This document shows positions 37,796 to 48,039 of a stretch of 64,000 bases of DNA, in pieces. The notes beneath the pieces were generated by a model. It did no database searches and had not been told where the DNA came from. It saw only the letters and a program-made list of their open reading frames with translations. Both the position numbers and the translations under genes were made by a program. How positions within the stretch are numbered: position 1 is the first letter of the stretch; every line of letters starts with the position of its first letter. The stretch lies in contig CAWHXP010000009.1 in assembly GCA_963833425.1 (NCBI GenBank), positions 64,001 to 128,000 of the forward strand, given 5' to 3'. The DNA comes from an uncultured Methanosarcinaceae archaeon (GTDB lineage: Archaea; Halobacteriota; Methanosarcinia; Methanosarcinales; Methanosarcinaceae).

Positions 37796-38025
37796 GAAGA
37801 GGAAAGAGAAGAAGGTGATGTGGAAGAAAGGAGTGCAGAAAAAAATTAATAAGACTGAATACAGAATAGAGTAAATAAAATAATTGTTCGCTCAAAATGC
37901 TGCCGGAATAGATATTTTTTTGTATCAATTTCCGGCATTTTTCTACCTTTCCGGAAGGGAGGCGGAAGGTATACTCATTTATGGGTATATTTTTATAGTA
38001 GGAGTAAGCTATTGATCAAATCTGG

Positions 38026-38156
38026 CAGTGCGCCGATTTTTCTGAAAAATCACAAAGTTCAAGAAATTGCGTTTAGGGAACCACGCCTATTAAAGACCGA
38101 ATCACATACAGTTTCCAAAAATTTGACTTTCAATTTACAGCTAATCTGCGAAACTG
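38026..38156. mobile_element. Candidate ~130-bp MITE
   Basis: Imperfect TIRs CAGTGCGCCGATT / AATCTGCGAAACTG. Confidence 0.4.
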
Positions 38157-38599
38157 TTTCAACATTTTGCCACCGTTCTTCCCGTTTGAGCAATTCCTCG
38201 GATTGTGATTTTCAGTAACCTCCCCCACACTTATTTTTTTTTGCTCGAATATACTCATTTTTGTTCGAGATACATATGTTCAAATCTCAACGATCAATGA
38301 GTATAAAGATATATAGTCCTATTATATATAAAGCAAATAGAATATAGTGTACTTAATAGAAATCGCTTGACATAATTGTTAAAAGATATATATCAAACAG
38401 AATATATGTTTATAAGAATGTTTTCAAAATTGTTAAGTGGCTAAAAATAATAAAATTTTAATTACATTGAAATAATTTTTTTGTTAATAGTGATGATCTT
38501 CCTCAGATTTCCGACAAATTTGCTCATTTTTTGTTTATTGATATACATATATCAAAATATGAAATCTTGATTTCAATTTTTTTTGTGCTTGTTACAATA

Positions 38600-39436
38600 T
38601 TCTCGTGATAATTAAGGAAATTTTTCTGGTATTTATGATAAACTCTAAATTGGGAATTGATGAATTGCTGCTTGAACTTGGGCCACATAAGTTAGATAAT
38701 TCTATTTTAGTAAAGAAAATGCTTATCAATCAGTTTCCGTTTCATTGATATCCTACATTATGTTTATTCTGAGTACTTTGAATCCCTTTTAATTGAAAAA
38801 TTACTTGGTACTGGAATCAATGCTTCTGATCTTACGGATGATTTTTTAGAATGAAAGCTTGCTAGATTAATGAAGCAGACTTTACTCAACTTCCATGAAA
38901 TTTGCCTTGAAAATGTGGTAATTGTCAACATCAAGGCTCGAAGATTTCAATATTACATTATAAATTCAAATATTTTTAGAGATTGTATTAAATATCTATG
39001 GCATTTTCTTCATTAAAATCACCATTGTTCATGCAAAAAACAGTGGAAATTACTTTCGGTGTTTTAAACTTGGAACAATATAAATAAATATGTAATAACC
39101 TATTCTCAAAGATGTATTCCAATGAATATCATACCAAAAAAATAAAGATAAATACCCTGAAAAAACTTAAGGAAAATATAACATTCTCTGATATAATGTT
39201 TACTATATGACTGATAGTGCCAATGTCCTCAAAGAACATCTAATCAATGAGAAAGGCATGTAAAGTATCACTCGTGTTTCTTAAATATTCAATCCTTTAA
39301 TGGATTTGCTGGCATCAGATATTGAGTTCAAACAGGAAAAGGATAAAAGATGTTCTTTAGACATAACTATTGCTGAATATGGTTGTATCGAACAGAAATG
39401 GTAGTCGTTCACTCCACTTAGATGGAGAAAAAAAAT
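38600..39436 (+). pseudogene. IS1634-like transposase remnant
   Basis: Broken reading IDELL.LGPHK...MLIN...EKLLGTGINASDL.DD, YYMTDSA and EQKW. Confidence 0.5.
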
Positions 39437-40431
39437 AGTCTATAGAAATCCTTAATTTGATGCAAATCATATCTATAACTTTTTTGTTTATGTTATATAT
39501 TATTAATTTAATTTTAATCTCCTTTACTTGATAATTGAATTTCCTCGCCCTTAGTGTTTCTCCTAATTTTCTTTTAACTACAGAAAATATTGGCCCCACA
39601 ATATTTCTTTGATTATATTCAATTCTGTCAAAGACCAGGGTCAATTGTTTACGATGTTTTCCTTTTATTTCCTTCCTTTTTCTCTCTTACAGGTATATTG
39701 AATCTGCTTTGATTTCTTCTCTAATTATAGAATGTATTTTTTGAATCGTATCCTTTATCAATTACATAACAATCAGACTTTCTCATCTTATTTGAGTGTC
39801 TTATCAGAGCATTTGAATGTTAAATTTCATGGTCTGTTTTTTGACTAATTTTCCATCCAATATTATCTTTTTACTTGTGTCTACTGATATTGAAGATCTC
39901 AGGAAGCTTCTTCGAAGCTTCCCTATTCTTCTGGAATAATAATAACTCACATACAAACTCGCAAATCCCGTTGCATCGGTCGCTGCGACAGAGAAATTTT
40001 TCCCATATGAGTAAAACAGCTTTAGAATCCTTGACAGAAAAAAGTTAAACAAAGAGGAGGAAAGCCTGTTTATAAACTTTTGAAGGGTGGTGAAATGTGG
40101 AATCTTATCAAAAGCAAATTTTTCTTCTATATCGTTCATAAGGTCAATGAGTTCTACAAAATCTCGATAATCTGTACTAATATACTCTTTCAATAAAACC
40201 AATTCAAGAAGCTGATGCTGGGTATAAATGTGTTTTGAATACTTGCAGGAATAAAGCTTCAGTCTCAAAGACTGAACAGTTTCAAGGCTGGTATCAACAA
40301 ATTTAATGTACTTATTAAACTTCAATATTGAATGTTCCTTCGTTTTTAACAGAAAAATAAGAAGAGTATTCTAACGGAACAATTATAATAATGTAGTGTA
40401 AAAGTTCAATTTAGAGCATTTCTACATAGCC
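39437..40431 (-). mobile_element. IS5-family element with frameshifted transposase (ORFs 39804-40325 and 39357-39644)
   Basis: YSKHIYTQHQL, PHFTTLQKF, DATGF and YNQRNIV..IFSVVKRK motifs; degenerate TIRs ...TAGAAAT / ATTTCTACATAGCC. Confidence 0.8.
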
Positions 40432-40874
40432 ACAAAAAGCTAGAATATTTCTCTATTGAATTTCATTAAGTAATTCAAAAGTAATTAATGGGATATGGTA
40501 TGATGTCTAATCAGTATGTTACTGTTTAATAATACCCTGACTGATTACTGATTTTATTTGATATGCTGCAATCTCAAAAATCTACTTTAACATATCAAAA
40601 ATGTAATGCATTATAGATTGGTTTCGAAAAAATAGCTTCCTTGTAAAGGATAATTGGACCAGGTTTGTATCTCAAAATTATTTTTTATTTCAGATATTAT
40701 TTCTATGTTTGAGCCTTATACGCCAATAAGTTGTTCAGAAAAAAAATCTTTTTGTCGATAAGATATTTTTCAGGCCATATTATAAGCATAAAATTTTTTG
40801 TGAATATGAATAATTTATGTGAGAACATACTCAACTCGTTTACATTAGTGATTAAGTTAACAAAACATATATAG

Positions 40875-40901
40875 TAATACTTACAATGGATTAAAGTATT
40901 A
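40875..40901. promoter_or_regulatory. Palindromic operator candidate upstream of nikR
   Basis: TAATACTT-N11-AAGTATTA perfect inverted repeat just downstream of a TATATA element, 36 bp before the ATG. Confidence 0.5.
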
Positions 40902-40937
40902 ATCCTATAGATAAATCTTAGATCTCTTGGTGGTACG

Positions 40938-41360
40938 ATGGAAACAGAACTTATGAGGATAGGGGTTTCCCTTCCTGATACTCTTCTAAGTAAATTTGAT
41001 GAAATTATCGGAAAAAGAGGGTATTCTTCCCGCTCAGAAGGCATAAGAGACGCCATCAGGAGTTATATTTCCTATTATGAGTGGATGGGGGACATTAAAG
41101 GACATCGTATCGGAACCGTTGCGGTTATTTACGACCATACAAAAAGAGGCCTTTCAAATGCCCTTGCAGATATCCAACACCATTACTCTAACCTGATAAA
41201 GTCCTCAGTGCATATTCATCTCGATCATGACAACTGTTTTGAAGTAATCGTTCTGGAGGGGGACGGCGAAGAAATCAAAGAGCTTTCAGAAGCTATAATG
41301 GCCCTCAAGGGAGTGAAATTCTCAAAACTCACAACTGTACCATCAGATGAAAAAATTTAA
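40938..41360 (+). CDS. nikR: Nickel-responsive transcriptional regulator
   Basis: RIGVSL ribbon, [14 protein letters not shown], and HIHLDHDNC Ni site. Confidence 0.96.
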   Translation: METELMRIGVSLPDTLLSKFDEIIGKRGYSSRSEGIRDAIRSYISYYEWMGDIKGHRIGTVAVIYDHTKRGLSNALADIQHHYSNLIKSSVHIHLDHDNCFEVIVLEGDGEEIKELSEAIMALKGVKFSKLTTVPSDEKI

Positions 41361-42315
41361 TATCCAATATAATTGGGCGAATAGACGATTCATATATGCT
41401 TGGATGCCTTGTGGGGGCGCTAAAATTAACATTAATTCTACGAACAATTAATTGTAATAGATAAATAAATCAAGAATGTAAAAAAAAGTTTCATAATTTA
41501 GAGTATTGAAAATTTAAGCATATGATATAGGACAAAATTATTTCGTTTTCTCCGATTTAAGACCTAAAAGAATACTTTTTAACATATTAAAGGGGCAATC
41601 TTCAGAATTCAGTGAGATCGTAGCTCTGGGAGTTTGTCCGATTCCAAGTTCACAATATTTTTTGAAATTTAAGATAGTAGGGAGCACATATGCTTGATTC
41701 AAAACCTCCACAAGAAAGATATATCTCGGCTCTGAATTTTATAATTTTGAGAATTGAGCGTATATCCAAATTATTGAACAAGGACCATGAACATTATTAA
41801 TTTTTTTAAACTAAAGATATAATAAGTCACTCTTTCCACCATCGTTGAGTTTTTTTGGATTTTTTGATTCCAAATTCGTTTTTTTAGCTTTAGAGAATCA
41901 TGAGGTTTAAATGAAGTCATATCGCGTATGGGATGAATCCCAATTTCAGTCGGTCACCCCATTGCAACCAAAAGGATACAATAGCTCCACAGCCTAGATG
42001 TAAAGGAGTTATTCAAAATTAAATATTTTCATTTGCTTACACGCTTCTTTGTTCTGTTTTCCATGATTTTCGATATAGTTTTTAATGACTTGGAAGTTAT
42101 ACCATCAACAAGATTTCCAATGAAATTAAAAATATGTTGAAAATCAGGAAGACAGAATGAAAAAGAAATATCCAACAGTTCGTAGATGTACACGCAAGTA
42201 GAAATTTTTTCCTTTTTGCCCATAATTATTCATTGAAAATCAGATTAATTTTCAATTTACCGTCATATTGAGAAAATGGATTGCATTCTTGTGTACATCT
42301 GCAGAAAGTGGGCTC

Positions 42316-42645
42316 TTATTTGGGAGCTACCATTTTGATATGTTCTTTAGGGCCAGTTATTGCTCTTTCATTGGATATTACTATACATTCTTTTGGGCAA
42401 CCGCTGACGCATTCAGTGCACATAATACATCTGAACACATTAAGTTCCCACGTTTTTTCGTCTTTAGTAACTTTTATCGCATCAGGAGGACATTTTTTTT
42501 GACATATCCCACAATAAATACAGTTTTCAGGATTGAAAATAATTCTTCCCTTAAAACTTTCATAAGGCGCCCTTATATCGAAAGGGTAAAGCCTGGTAGG
42601 AGGTTTACGAGAAACATTTGACAGAATAAGGTTTAACATACCCAT
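42316..42645 (-). CDS. echF: Ech hydrogenase subunit F (2x[4Fe-4S])
   Basis: CIYCGICQKKCP and CIMCTECVSGCP; AGGTGA RBS before ATG 42645. Confidence 0.93.
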   Translation of the reverse strand: MGMLNLILSNVSRKPPTRLYPFDIRAPYESFKGRIIFNPENCIYCGICQKKCPPDAIKVTKDEKTWELNVFRCIMCTECVSGCPKECIVISNERAITGPKEHIKMVAPK

Positions 42646-42658
42646 TATATCACCTTCC

Positions 42659-43741
42659 TTATCTTTCAGTGCAACTAATACATGGGTCGACAGTAAGTAC
42701 AACTACAGGAACATCAGCGAGTTTGATGCCTGGCAGCATCTGTAACAGTGCAGGTATATTTGCAAAGGTAGGTGTCCTTATTTTAAGTCTTTCCAAATTT
42801 TTAGTACCATTACCTTTGAGGTAATATACAACTTCACCTCTAGGCTGCTCTGATCTTGAAATAGCTTCAGCTCCTGCAGTAGGAGAACCCTTTACAGGTG
42901 TTGAAATTTCACCTTCAGGTAATTTGGAGATCGCATTCCTTATCAACTTAAAGCATTCGTATAACTCATAAATTCTTACTTTTGTTCTGGCATAGCAATC
43001 TCCATCATTTTCAACAACTGCTTTGAAATTGAGATCATTATAAATACTCCAGCTAGGTGATTCTCTTATGTCACTGTGAACCCCACTTCCTCTCAGTGTA
43101 GGACCAACAGCTCCAACATCATATGCAAGTTGTTTTGATAATACACCTAATCCCATCAGCCTTTTCTTTACGGTGTAATTATCCACGAAAACTTTTTCTA
43201 AATTTTTGACTTGTGGTTCCAAGTCATCAATTGCTTTTAGAATTATATTAATATGTTCTTTAGACAAATCTTTGGTAGTTCCTCCGACTTTACACATTGA
43301 AGTTATCACCCTATTTCCAGTGGTCATCTCCATTATATCCATTACTGCTTCTCGATACTTCCAGCATTCCATGAAGAGACTTTCAAATCCGAAACCATCT
43401 GCGAATAGACCAAGCCAAAGGAGGTGACTCTGAACTCTTGCTAGTTCACTCCATATCACTCTTAAATATTCTGCTCTTTCAGGGATTTCGACATTCATTA
43501 GTTGTTCGACCCCCCGTGCATAAGTTATAGAATGGATGGCGCTACAGATTCCACATATTCTTTCACAAATATAGAGCGTTTGATTATAGTCCTTTGTATC
43601 GACAAATTTCTCAAGCCCTCTGTGCACATAGCCTAGTGAGGGAAGTGCTCCAACAACAACATCATTGTCCAGTTCAAGTTTTAACTGTACTGGTTCGGGT
43701 AAAACTGGATGTTGAGGACCAAAAGGTATTACAGTTGTCAT
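42659..43741 (-). CDS. echE: Ech hydrogenase large [NiFe] subunit E
   Basis: GPQHP, RICGIC and DPCISCTER motifs; no cleavable C-terminal extension. Confidence 0.96.
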   Translation of the reverse strand: MTTVIPFGPQHPVLPEPVQLKLELDNDVVVGALPSLGYVHRGLEKFVDTKDYNQTLYICERICGICSAIHSITYARGVEQLMNVEIPERAEYLRVIWSELARVQSHLLWLGLFADGFGFESLFMECWKYREAVMDIMEMTTGNRVITSMCKVGGTTKDLSKEHINIILKAIDDLEPQVKNLEKVFVDNYTVKKRLMGLGVLSKQLAYDVGAVGPTLRGSGVHSDIRESPSWSIYNDLNFKAVVENDGDCYARTKVRIYELYECFKLIRNAISKLPEGEISTPVKGSPTAGAEAISRSEQPRGEVVYYLKGNGTKNLERLKIRTPTFANIPALLQMLPGIKLADVPVVVLTVDPCISCTER

Positions 43742-43764
43742 AATGATTCTCCTCTAAAATTGCT

Positions 43765-44106
43765 TTAAGCTAATGGAGTTTTTGGACTGTTTGGTGTCAA
43801 ATACAGGTGACCTTTAAAGTCTATTGCAAGGCCTTCAAAAGTTAATCCAAACAGATCCTGGTATTCATTCTCGATCAAAAGTGCGCATAAATAAATACCT
43901 GACATACTCTTTGGTTTCTCGGACGGCTTCACAAAATACCTTAGAGTTTTTAGATCATACCCTTTGTCAAAAACGTATATCAATTCGTGACCATCGTTAG
44001 CTTTCAAGCATATCATTGTCGCATATCGATAACCATCATTTTTTAATTCCTGAACAGTTTTTAGCAGTTCTGAGCTGCTTTTTATTTCTACGTTATTCTC
44101 AAGCAT
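43765..44106 (-). CDS. echD: Ech hydrogenase subunit D
   Basis: NuoC-like ENEYQDLFGLTF; operon position. Confidence 0.92.
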   Translation of the reverse strand: MLENNVEIKSSSELLKTVQELKNDGYRYATMICLKANDGHELIYVFDKGYDLKTLRYFVKPSEKPKSMSGIYLCALLIENEYQDLFGLTFEGLAIDFKGHLYLTPNSPKTPLA

Positions 44107-44569
44107 TTGATGGCACCTCGTTTCCTTTGAGTTTTACATCTTTTCCTTTGATTTTTCCTTGGCTCTTGCTTTCAAGTACTGAAAGTGCTGCAACTACTCC
44201 ATCGAGTATAGCTTCAGGTCTTGGGCAACATCCTGGAACATATGCATCTACCGGTATTACCTGATCCACTCCACCTATTACATTATAGCAGTCATGGAAA
44301 ATTCCGCCGGTAGATGCACAAGCACCGACGGCCAAAACAACTTTGGGATCAGGAATTTGGTTATAGATGTTCTTAAGCACATTCACATTTTTGTAATTTA
44401 TCGAACCCGTAACCACCATTATATCAGCTTGCTTGGGAGTACCAATGTTTAAAACACCAAATCTTTCAGCATCATATAGAGGAGTAAGACAAGCCAATAC
44501 TTCAATATCACAGCCATTACAACTGTTGCAATTCACGTGTATGATCCATGGGGACTTTGCCAATGCCAT
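44099..44569 (-). CDS. echC: Ech hydrogenase small subunit C
   Basis: SCNGCDIE, GACASTGG and PGCCPRP motifs. Confidence 0.95.
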   Translation of the reverse strand: MALAKSPWIIHVNCNSCNGCDIEVLACLTPLYDAERFGVLNIGTPKQADIMVVTGSINYKNVNVLKNIYNQIPDPKVVLAVGACASTGGIFHDCYNVIGGVDQVIPVDAYVPGCCPRPEAILDGVVAALSVLESKSQGKIKGKDVKLKGNEVPSNA

Positions 44570-44582
44570 AAATATCCCTCTT

Positions 44583-45452
44583 TCAAATTAACTTAATCTT
44601 AGCAACGTACAGGTATAGTACATTTACTACTGAAATTATCAATAAAATTGTCCAACTTACTTTGAGCATCCATTGCCAGTATACTCTTGCAGTGATATTG
44701 TCCATTATAATTACAAACAAGAAAGCAATCAACGCTATAAGCAAACCAATTATTATGTTCACTTTCCAGAATAGGAACATAAGTCCCAATAAAAATACGT
44801 ATTCATAGAAATGTCCGATCTCAATTCCAGCTAATCCTGGTCCTGAATATTCTGTAAGCATACCTTTAACCAATTCCTGATGAGCATGGTGAGAGGTTGA
44901 ATAATCAAAGGGTGATTTTTTAAATTTAATATTCATAACAAACATCATTGATATGAATATAAGCGGTATGTAAATCAGGAGAGGATTCGATGCATTGTTA
45001 AGCGCAGATAATTTAAAGGTACCAGTAAGCAAGTATATTGCAAGAGCATACAATATCAAAATTGGCTCATATGACAATATAGCCATAATTTCTCTTGAAC
45101 TTCCGATCCTGGCATATGGAGAACCAGTACTCATTCCCCCTACTATGAGAGCTACCGAAGATACTGTATAAACAAATACTATCATCAAAATATCTGCATC
45201 AAAGACTAACATCAAAAGACTCAAAATTACAAACACTACGTACATGACTACGTAGAGATTTTGAGATTCGTTCACAACCATATTATCTTTTTGGAAAAGT
45301 TTCATTACATCATAATAGGGTTGGAGAAGGGGTGGGCCAACTCTACCTTGCAATCTCGCTGTAAGCTTCCTGTCAATACCTGCAAGTAAACAGCCAAGGA
45401 TTGGAGCACCAATCAAAACAAGAACAATTTTTGCAATATCTAAACTGTTCAT
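44583..45452 (-). CDS. echB: Ech hydrogenase membrane subunit B (NuoH-like)
   Basis: DRKLTARLQGRVGPP, PFD and TEYSG motifs. Confidence 0.95.
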   Translation of the reverse strand: MNSLDIAKIVLVLIGAPILGCLLAGIDRKLTARLQGRVGPPLLQPYYDVMKLFQKDNMVVNESQNLYVVMYVVFVILSLLMLVFDADILMIVFVYTVSSVALIVGGMSTGSPYARIGSSREIMAILSYEPILILYALAIYLLTGTFKLSALNNASNPLLIYIPLIFISMMFVMNIKFKKSPFDYSTSHHAHQELVKGMLTEYSGPGLAGIEIGHFYEYVFLLGLMFLFWKVNIIIGLLIALIAFLFVIIMDNITARVYWQWMLKVSWTILLIISVVNVLYLYVAKIKLI

Positions 45453-47353
45453 AATACCACCACTTCTACCAATGCAATTACAATAAGCAATATGGAGATT
45501 ACATATCCAAGTGTTGTAAGTTTGTTTTCTCCAAAAATATTTTGAAGATAAATGTTAGACACACTGCTTTTATCGTAACTGCCAACTCCATTACGGAACA
45601 TCAGTTTATCCTTTTCAAGATTATTCTCCCCACACATATAATAACCAGCTAGACGGGGAGTGAACATATTTTTAACAGCGAAGTAGATCAAAATGGCCAA
45701 AACGAGCACTATGAATATTACTGCGTAAGCAAATGCTCCTATCTCCGATGTAAATTGCCCACCTTGCCCTGAAACATTAGGGATAATATTGAACAAAGTC
45801 GCAACCTGAGGTTTAATGAAATAGTCATATATTGAAAATACAAGAATACTTGTAACTACAATGCATGACCCAAGTAAAGATAATGGGAAATAGGTTTCCG
45901 GTTTTAAATGATGAACCGCATTTTTATCCATAGAGGATGATAATATTGTTCCAAGCCATTTTACATAATAAACTGTAGTAAGCGCGCTCCCAAGTATGAG
46001 AAATATTGATACAATAGGATTGCTGGAAGCTACCTCCATTGATACCCATTTTGTGAGTAAAACCCCAAAAGGAGGTAATAGCATGGATATCATTCCTAGA
46101 GATGCAAGCATTGTAAGAAAAGGAGCCTTTTTTATCAATCCGGACATATCTTCAATATCTTTGCTTCCAATAGTGTGTTCAATTTCGCCTGCACAAAGGA
46201 ACAACAGGGCTTTTGATATTGCATGGAATAAAATAAGCATAATAGCAGCAGCTACAGCCAGAGGTGTACCTATTCCAGCACTCGCGATAATCAATCCTAA
46301 ATTTGCAATCGTAGAATACGCCAGCACTCTTTTAGCATTTCTTTGAGATAAGGCTAAAGCTGAACACATAACGAAAGAAAAACTTCCGTAAATAGCAATT
46401 GCTGTTCCTAGTGGAGTGTTCGCAAAAGCAGGTACAAGCTTGACAATTAAGAAAACACCTGCATTTACCATCGTGCTCGAATGGAGTAAGGCAGAAACCG
46501 GAGTAGGAGCTACCATGGCGCCTAGGAGCCAGCTCTGAAAAGGCATTTGAGCAGATTTTGCAAAACCTGCAATACATAATAAGACAACAGGAAGAGCTAC
46601 AGCAGCTGCTGTTGAACTATTTCCAACTGCAGAAAGATTGGAGATGTCAAATTTAGTACTGAGCATAATTATAGCTAAAGAAAAAGTAATTCCACCAATC
46701 AAGTTTAAGGCTAGGGCTCTGAAACCATTACTTATGGATTCTTCATCCTGGTTGTATGAGATCAAAACGAATGAACAAAGAGTTGTGATTTCCCAGAAAA
46801 GATACAGCCATCCTAAGGTGTCAACCATGACTAGGCCGTTCATAGCTGCTAAGAAAAAGCTCATCGTAAAGTAAAACGTTTTTTGTCTGTTTAGATGTCT
46901 ATGTTTTTCATAGTGATCCATATATCCTGTTGCAAATAATATAATCGCAGTACCGATTATATTCACGATTAGTATCATGACCTGAGAAAATTGATCAATA
47001 TTAAAAGAAACACTTTCAATTTTTGCAATAGTTATATAGGAATAAGCTGCTATAACTGTTTGAATTGCAATTAGTGCAAGTGTAGGCCAGTTTTTATGCT
47101 TTGCTGATACGTAAAATACAAATAATATTATAAGTACTTCAAGTATAAGGACAATGTTTTCTAATAGCGCAAAACTTGATCCAGCAACTTCAACTTTCCC
47201 AGTTCCATCTAATACTAACATAATCGAAGAAACTGCCCCTACTATGAAAAAAGCCCAGGCTAGAAATTTGTATAACGATTTGCCAAGAGCTAAGAATAAA
47301 AAAGAAAAAAGTATAGGTGCTGTAATTAATAGCATAATGGTGGTCTTCAACAT
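45449..47353 (-). CDS. echA: Ech hydrogenase antiporter-like subunit A (NuoL-like)
   Basis: KSAQMPFQSWL, APTPVSALLHSSTMV and KRVLAYST motifs. Confidence 0.95.
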   Translation of the reverse strand: MLKTTIMLLITAPILFSFLFLALGKSLYKFLAWAFFIVGAVSSIMLVLDGTGKVEVAGSSFALLENIVLILEVLIILFVFYVSAKHKNWPTLALIAIQTVIAAYSYITIAKIESVSFNIDQFSQVMILIVNIIGTAIILFATGYMDHYEKHRHLNRQKTFYFTMSFFLAAMNGLVMVDTLGWLYLFWEITTLCSFVLISYNQDEESISNGFRALALNLIGGITFSLAIIMLSTKFDISNLSAVGNSSTAAAVALPVVLLCIAGFAKSAQMPFQSWLLGAMVAPTPVSALLHSSTMVNAGVFLIVKLVPAFANTPLGTAIAIYGSFSFVMCSALALSQRNAKRVLAYSTIANLGLIIASAGIGTPLAVAAAIMLILFHAISKALLFLCAGEIEHTIGSKDIEDMSGLIKKAPFLTMLASLGMISMLLPPFGVLLTKWVSMEVASSNPIVSIFLILGSALTTVYYVKWLGTILSSSMDKNAVHHLKPETYFPLSLLGSCIVVTSILVFSIYDYFIKPQVATLFNIIPNVSGQGGQFTSEIGAFAYAVIFIVLVLAILIYFAVKNMFTPRLAGYYMCGENNLEKDKLMFRNGVGSYDKSSVSNIYLQNIFGENKLTTLGYVISILLIVIALVEVVVL

Positions 47354-47452
47354 ATGATATGTCCTCCAATCTACTGATTTCTATCTAGTCCATCGAGTTA
47401 TCATTCAATTTATATATATTCCGTCTAATTTATCCTCCGATTTATTACGAGG

Positions 47453-47566
47453 AGGACTTACGCAACTGAAGAAAAAATTACCTACATATAGCACTGTGAA
47501 TAGTTTGACATTTTAGATGTTACAAGACTTTTGAGATCAATTTTTCATTCCAATTGCGTAATTCCT
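47453..47566. mobile_element. 114-bp MITE (same TIR family as 15550-15667)
   Basis: AGGACTTACGCAACTG ... CAATTGCGTAATTCCT. Confidence 0.75.
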
Positions 47567-47608
47567 GAGCATATAAGAATATGGACTTAAATAGCCCACA
47601 AATACTAA

Positions 47609-47701
47609 ATAGAATTTCGATGAGCGCAAATTTTTGGTTGGTTGTTCATAAAGTATAAATACAAGCAATTTGTTGACATCAAAGATCTATCGAAATTCTC
47701 T
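47609..47701. mobile_element. ~90-bp MITE with IS5-type TIRs
   Basis: AGAATTTCGAT ... ATCGAAATTCT perfect 11-bp inverted repeat. Confidence 0.6.
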
Positions 47702-48039
47702 ATCAATTCTTAAATCAAAATTACAAGAAATAATAATACGCAACTAGTATCTATATGATACCTACATGTTACAAATATAACAAAGGCATATTTAAAGATA
47801 GTGATTTTTTTTTTATTTTTATATGAGGCTCCCAAAATAGAGTTTTGATTTAAAAATCCATCCTTTTTTTATCATCACAATCGTCACTCGCTTTGTTTTA
47901 TAAAGATAGATATAAATAATATAAAAATTGCCGCTTTTGTGATGAAGATACGATAGTATAATAAGATAGCCCTTTACAAGAAAGAAATATTATTAAAAAA
48001 TTGGTGATGTTTAAATACCCAATATACCATAATTATCGT

